Shown here piece by piece: positions 62,475-64,000 of a stretch of DNA of 64,000 bases. The DNA is taken from assembly GCA_903896675.1 (NCBI GenBank), contig CAITYU010000078.1, positions 6,228 through 70,227 on the forward strand, in the 5' to 3' direction. The DNA is from an uncultured Planctomycetaceae bacterium. Lineage in GTDB: Bacteria > Planctomycetota > Planctomycetia > Planctomycetales > Planctomycetaceae. Both the position numbers and the translations under genes were made by a program. The notes beneath the pieces were generated by a model. That model saw only the letters and a program-made list of their open reading frames with translations, made no database searches and was not told the origin of the DNA. Position 1 is the first letter of the stretch. Each line of letters starts with the position of its first letter.

Positions 62475-62795
62475 CACACGCACCCCTCAAAAATCATTCA
62501 CACACAACTCGCCCCAGCCACACACTCCCACAAAACCCCGCAAATCAGCCCCCATCATTACAGAAACCTCGGAATTTCAAGCCATTCGCACCCTCAAACC
62601 CCAGCTTTTCCAGCCAAACACGCCCCGCAAAAGTTCTCCAGACTCAAAATTTTCCCGGACCTGAAAATTCACTACGAATGCTCCACGTTCCCTGCACCTT
62701 CGTCCGATAAGCCACAACAGTGCAAAACGTTAACGGAAAGCTGTAAGTCCCGCTTTGACAAGCGTTTATCGGCAATCTTTGCCGGTCTCCTCGTC

Positions 62796-62824
62796 TTGAC
62801 AATCCGATCGTACGGCGCTAATTT
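62796..62824 (+). promoter_or_regulatory. Candidate sigma70-type promoter for the DegT-family gene
   Basis: TTGACA (62796-62801), a 17-nt spacer, then TAATTT (62819-62824). A GC-rich palindrome GCGGGGC-tc-GCCCCGC follows at 62835-62850, about 35 nt before the ATG. Planctomycete promoter rules are poorly known. Confidence 0.3.
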
Positions 62825-62883
62825 CCGCGTTCCGGCGGGGCTCGCCCCGCAACCACGACAACAGCAAGCGAATGGAGTCGCTT

Positions 62884-64000
62884 ATGTCCGCAGGTACGCC
62901 CCGTGCCTCCGCTGAAGTTTCAGGGACCCCCGTGCCCTTCATCGACCTCGTTGCGCAATACGCGACGATACGCGAAGAAGTCCGAGCCGCTGTGGATCGC
63001 TGCTTCGAAAGCCAAACCTTCATCCTTGGGGATGAAGTTGTCCAGCTCGAAAAGGAAATTGCCGCCTACTGCGGAGCCAAACACGCCATCGGTTGCGCCT
63101 CCGGTACCGATGCCCTGATCCTCGCACTGCTGGCCGCAGGTGTGCAGCCAGGTGATGAAGTCATCACCAGCCCCTTCACCTTCTTCGCGTCCGCCGGTGC
63201 TATCCATCGTATCGGTGCTGTACCAGTGCTCGTCGATATCGACCCTGTCAGCTTCAACCTTGACCCCCGCTGCGTCGAAGTCGCTATCACCTCACGCACC
63301 GCAGCCATCATGCCCGTTCACATCTTCGGACAGTGCGCCGAAATGGAACCACTCTGGAAACTGGCCTCCGCATACGATCTCCCCATCATTGAAGACTCCG
63401 CTCAGGCCATCGGCGCTGAATACCGCGGCGAACGCACCGGAGCACTCGGAAAGATTGGCTGCTTCAGCTTCTTCCCCACAAAAAATCTCGGTGGTGCTGG
63501 CGATGGCGGTATCATGACCACGCAGGATGATGATCTCGCCGCAAGACTGCGACGCCTGCGAGTCCACGGGGACACCGGTGGCTACAACCATGTCGAAGTC
63601 GGCTTCAACAGCCGACTCGATGCCCTGCAGGCCGCCGTTCTGCGAGTCAAACTGAGACACCTCGACAATTGGACGGCTGGAAGAACTGCCAACGCCGAAC
63701 GCTACGCCGAACTGATCCGCAGCAACGGACTTGAAGACGTCGTTATGCTGCCCACCACCCTGCCCGATCGACGGCACGTGTTCAATCAGTTCACCACCCG
63801 AGTCACCGGGGGACGGCGAGCAGAAGTCATGCAGTCACTCAAAGAACAGAAAATCGGCTGCATGGTCTACTACCCCATCCCGCTGCATCTGCAGAAATGC
63901 TTCGCATACCTCGGCTACAAACCCGGTGATCTGCCCGAAGCCGAACGCGCCGCTGACGAAGTCCTGTCGCTGCCCATCTACGCAGAACTGCCCCCAGCAC
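62884..64000 (+). CDS. DegT/DnrJ/EryC1/StrS-family PLP-dependent sugar aminotransferase, 3'-truncated by window edge
   Basis: Not in the ORF track because there is no stop in the window. My translation from ATG 62884 reads [33 protein letters not shown]...[12 protein letters not shown]...[15 protein letters not shown]...[13 protein letters not shown]...[17 protein letters not shown], which carries the catalytic Lys context. Confidence 0.9.
   Translation, partial: MSAGTPRASAEVSGTPVPFIDLVAQYATIREEVRAAVDRCFESQTFILGDEVVQLEKEIAAYCGAKHAIGCASGTDALILALLAAGVQPGDEVITSPFTFFASAGAIHRIGAVPVLVDIDPVSFNLDPRCVEVAITSRTAAIMPVHIFGQCAEMEPLWKLASAYDLPIIEDSAQAIGAEYRGERTGALGKIGCFSFFPTKNLGGAGDGGIMTTQDDDLAARLRRLRVHGDTGGYNHVEVGFNSRLDALQAAVLRVKLRHLDNWTAGRTANAERYAELIRSNGLEDVVMLPTTLPDRRHVFNQFTTRVTGGRRAEVMQSLKEQKIGCMVYYPIPLHLQKCFAYLGYKPGDLPEAERAADEVLSLPIYAELPPA

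Overview
This is a 64-kb, moderately GC-rich, densely coding bacterial chromosomal segment with about 40 CDS. By eye I found no rRNA, tRNA, CRISPR array, transposase or integrase. The gene content suggests Planctomycetota (inference only): a PVC-type haem-binding giant protein with HEAT repeats, NPCBM and PQQ-propeller secreted proteins, paired sulfotransferases, tad-like pilus accessory genes, and many signal-peptide proteins. Recognisable housekeeping genes are an S46 peptidase (cut by the left edge), a DapA-family aldolase, an NHLRC2-like thioredoxin/NHL protein, pcm, argJ, a TlpA-like oxidoreductase, an IMPase-family protein, yggS, a di-haem peroxidase, a rhomboid, an MsbA-like ABC exporter, rng, ptsI, an M20 peptidase, a DAP-decarboxylase-like enzyme, rimO, a YhaM-like HD nuclease, proS, acs, rplX, an AhpD-like protein and a DegT-family aminotransferase (cut by the right edge). 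The best candidates for undescribed biology are listed here. (1) 13860-23733: two translationally coupled giant genes encode three ~1050-1150-aa units, each built as signal peptide, long ectodomain, then C-terminal membrane anchor. The third unit sits behind an intact in-frame fossil signal peptide inside gene B, and I can name no domain in any unit. (2) 51050-53939: a bitopic SLBB-domain protein is paired with an actin-fold (ASKHA-like) protein, and two copies of a 15-nt palindrome lie upstream. (3) 28569-33219: an MsbA-like exporter, an ELM1/GtrOC1-like glycosyltransferase and two sulfotransferases may form a sulfated LPS/glycolipid module. (4) 34667-40138: a ceramidase-like domain is fused to a PVC haem/HEAT/cytochrome c giant. 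(5) 47026-50821: rimO is translationally coupled to a poly-Gln secreted protein, followed by an NPCBM protein. All functional calls come from motif recognition by eye; no database search was run.
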